From IMG/VR virus record IMGVR_UViG_2917587430_000001, positions 89,228 to 113,599 of that record: DNA of 24,372 nt. One strand, 5' to 3'. Below the pieces are notes generated by a model. That model searched no databases and was not told where the DNA came from. It saw only the letters and a list, made by a program, of their open reading frames with translations. The position numbers and the translations under genes are program-made. The DNA comes from a virus. The number at the start of each line of letters is the position of its first letter. The first letter of the stretch is position 1. Shown here piece after piece: positions 23,357 to 24,372 of this stretch.

Positions 23357-23492
23357 AGCAGTGGTTTGGGATAGGTAGCTTGCGAGAATATCTCGATGCT
23401 CAACAGAAGGTTGCAGCCTGAATTGCTGGACAACCAGAAATTACAATCAATGCTTATATTGATGCGGCGACTTGATGAGAGGGGCGATCGCC

Positions 23493-23663
23493 ATGACTGA
23501 TGAAGAGTTATCCAAAGTAGCTATTGGAACTGTTCTGAGAAATAAAGGCAGTGGACAAGCCTATGTGGTAATTCAAGGCGCACCTGTCCCTGTTGCAGTT
23601 CGAGCTATAGCAGTCACACATGCTAACGAATGGGAAGTTGTTGAGATAGGGGGCGATCGCTAG
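23493..23663 (+). CDS. 56-aa hypothetical protein
   Basis: ATG just after a HIP1 site; MTDEELSKVAIGTVLRNKGSGQAYVV...EWEVVEIGGDR*; stop 2 nt before the next ATG. Confidence 0.6.
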   Translation: MTDEELSKVAIGTVLRNKGSGQAYVVIQGAPVPVAVRAIAVTHANEWEVVEIGGDR

Positions 23664-23665
23664 CT

Positions 23666-24235
23666 ATGACTGAAGATTCTTGCGACGCACTTAAAACAGA
23701 AAAAGTTATTTTTCAAACCAAGTGGATTGCGGTCAAAGAAACGCCTAGAGGTTTCCAGTTTTTGGAGCGCAAGGGAAGGGATTCTGTAGCCGTGTTTTTG
23801 GTAAGAGGGAATCCGATCTCCCAGTTTGAGGTCTTGGTCAGGTTCCAGCCTTTATGTGTTCACAATGCTGCTCTAGACGAAGAGATGAAGCTTTATGCCT
23901 GCCCTATCACGGGTGGCATGGAAGAAGGTGAGGGCTACACCGAATGCGCTATTCGTGAAACCCTAGAGGAAGCTGGCTATACTCTTGACCTTGAACAAAT
24001 TAAAAAACTTGGAAGCTACATCACGGGCACTCAGAGTAACGAAACAGTTGTAATGTTTTGGGCAGACGTGACTGGCATGGAGCCAGGGTTTGCTGCTCAA
24101 GACGGCAGTGTTCATGAAGCCGCCAGTAAAAACGAGTGGCGATCGCTGTCTGAGCTAAAAGACTATGAGTATGGAGCCTGTCAACTTGGTTATTACAAAC
24201 TCATGGGCAAATTGATGGGCGATCGCCATGCCTGA
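23666..24235 (+). CDS. Nudix hydrolase
   Basis: Complete Nudix box GGMEEGEGYTECAIRETLEEAGY (GX5EX7REUXEEXGU). Confidence 0.9.
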   Translation: MTEDSCDALKTEKVIFQTKWIAVKETPRGFQFLERKGRDSVAVFLVRGNPISQFEVLVRFQPLCVHNAALDEEMKLYACPITGGMEEGEGYTECAIRETLEEAGYTLDLEQIKKLGSYITGTQSNETVVMFWADVTGMEPGFAAQDGSVHEAASKNEWRSLSELKDYEYGACQLGYYKLMGKLMGDRHA

Positions 24236-24372
24236 ATTAAATGAAATCGTAGCCGAAATGGGATTGTAAATTGAAGTGTGTCAAAGGTCAGAAGTTGAGA
24301 TCTAATGAACTACTGAACCAGAGATAGAAACACATGACCTTTCAACCTGAACTGCTTGACCAACTGCTACAA

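Larger units (their letters stand above)
4074..24372. mobile_element. Prophage or phage-like element, partly decayed; boundaries not visible
   Basis: terL/terS/HNH module, annealase, divergent switch region and many short HIP1-rich ORFs. No portal, capsid, tail or integrase gene in the window. Confidence 0.6.

Noticed and set aside
1-24372. tRNA/rRNA genes and prophage att sites
   Set aside because: No cloverleaf- or rRNA-like sequence and no flanking direct repeat pair recognised by eye.

Overview
Cyanobacterial DNA (about 25 HIP1 octamers GCGATCGC counted by eye) that looks like a decaying prophage or phage-like element interleaved with integron remnants. Left (1-3877): a minus-strand gene-cassette array with three attC sites. 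It holds a DUF262 + HEPN pair, a 2TM CxxCx(11)CxxC protein + an unannotated 59-aa CxxC protein, and a sulfotransferase-family gene running off the window. The array faces away from a pseudogenised 5' end of an integron integrase. Next come lexA with an upstream SOS-like box, a SigF-like sigma factor, terminase large/small subunits, a frameshifted HNH gene and a zone of debris (inverted repeats, methyltransferase fragment with 24-nt HIP1-targeted insertions, IS630 remnant). Middle (9806-17725): a second copy of the intI 5' remnant, again divergent from AT-rich genes. These are a 1351-aa HTH/4x zinc-ribbon/SF2 helicase/Rrp8-like methyltransferase fusion and a 1117-aa NTPase-TPR protein, separated by a half attC fused to the 3' end of a group IIC intron. 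Right (17877-24372): a phage-type early region (divergent promoters, HTH regulator, Rad52-like annealase, Nudix). It carries an IsrB/omegaRNA element whose ends, guide and TAM can be reconstructed, with a perfect 56-bp palindrome at its right end. All family assignments are from motif recognition by eye; no searches were run.
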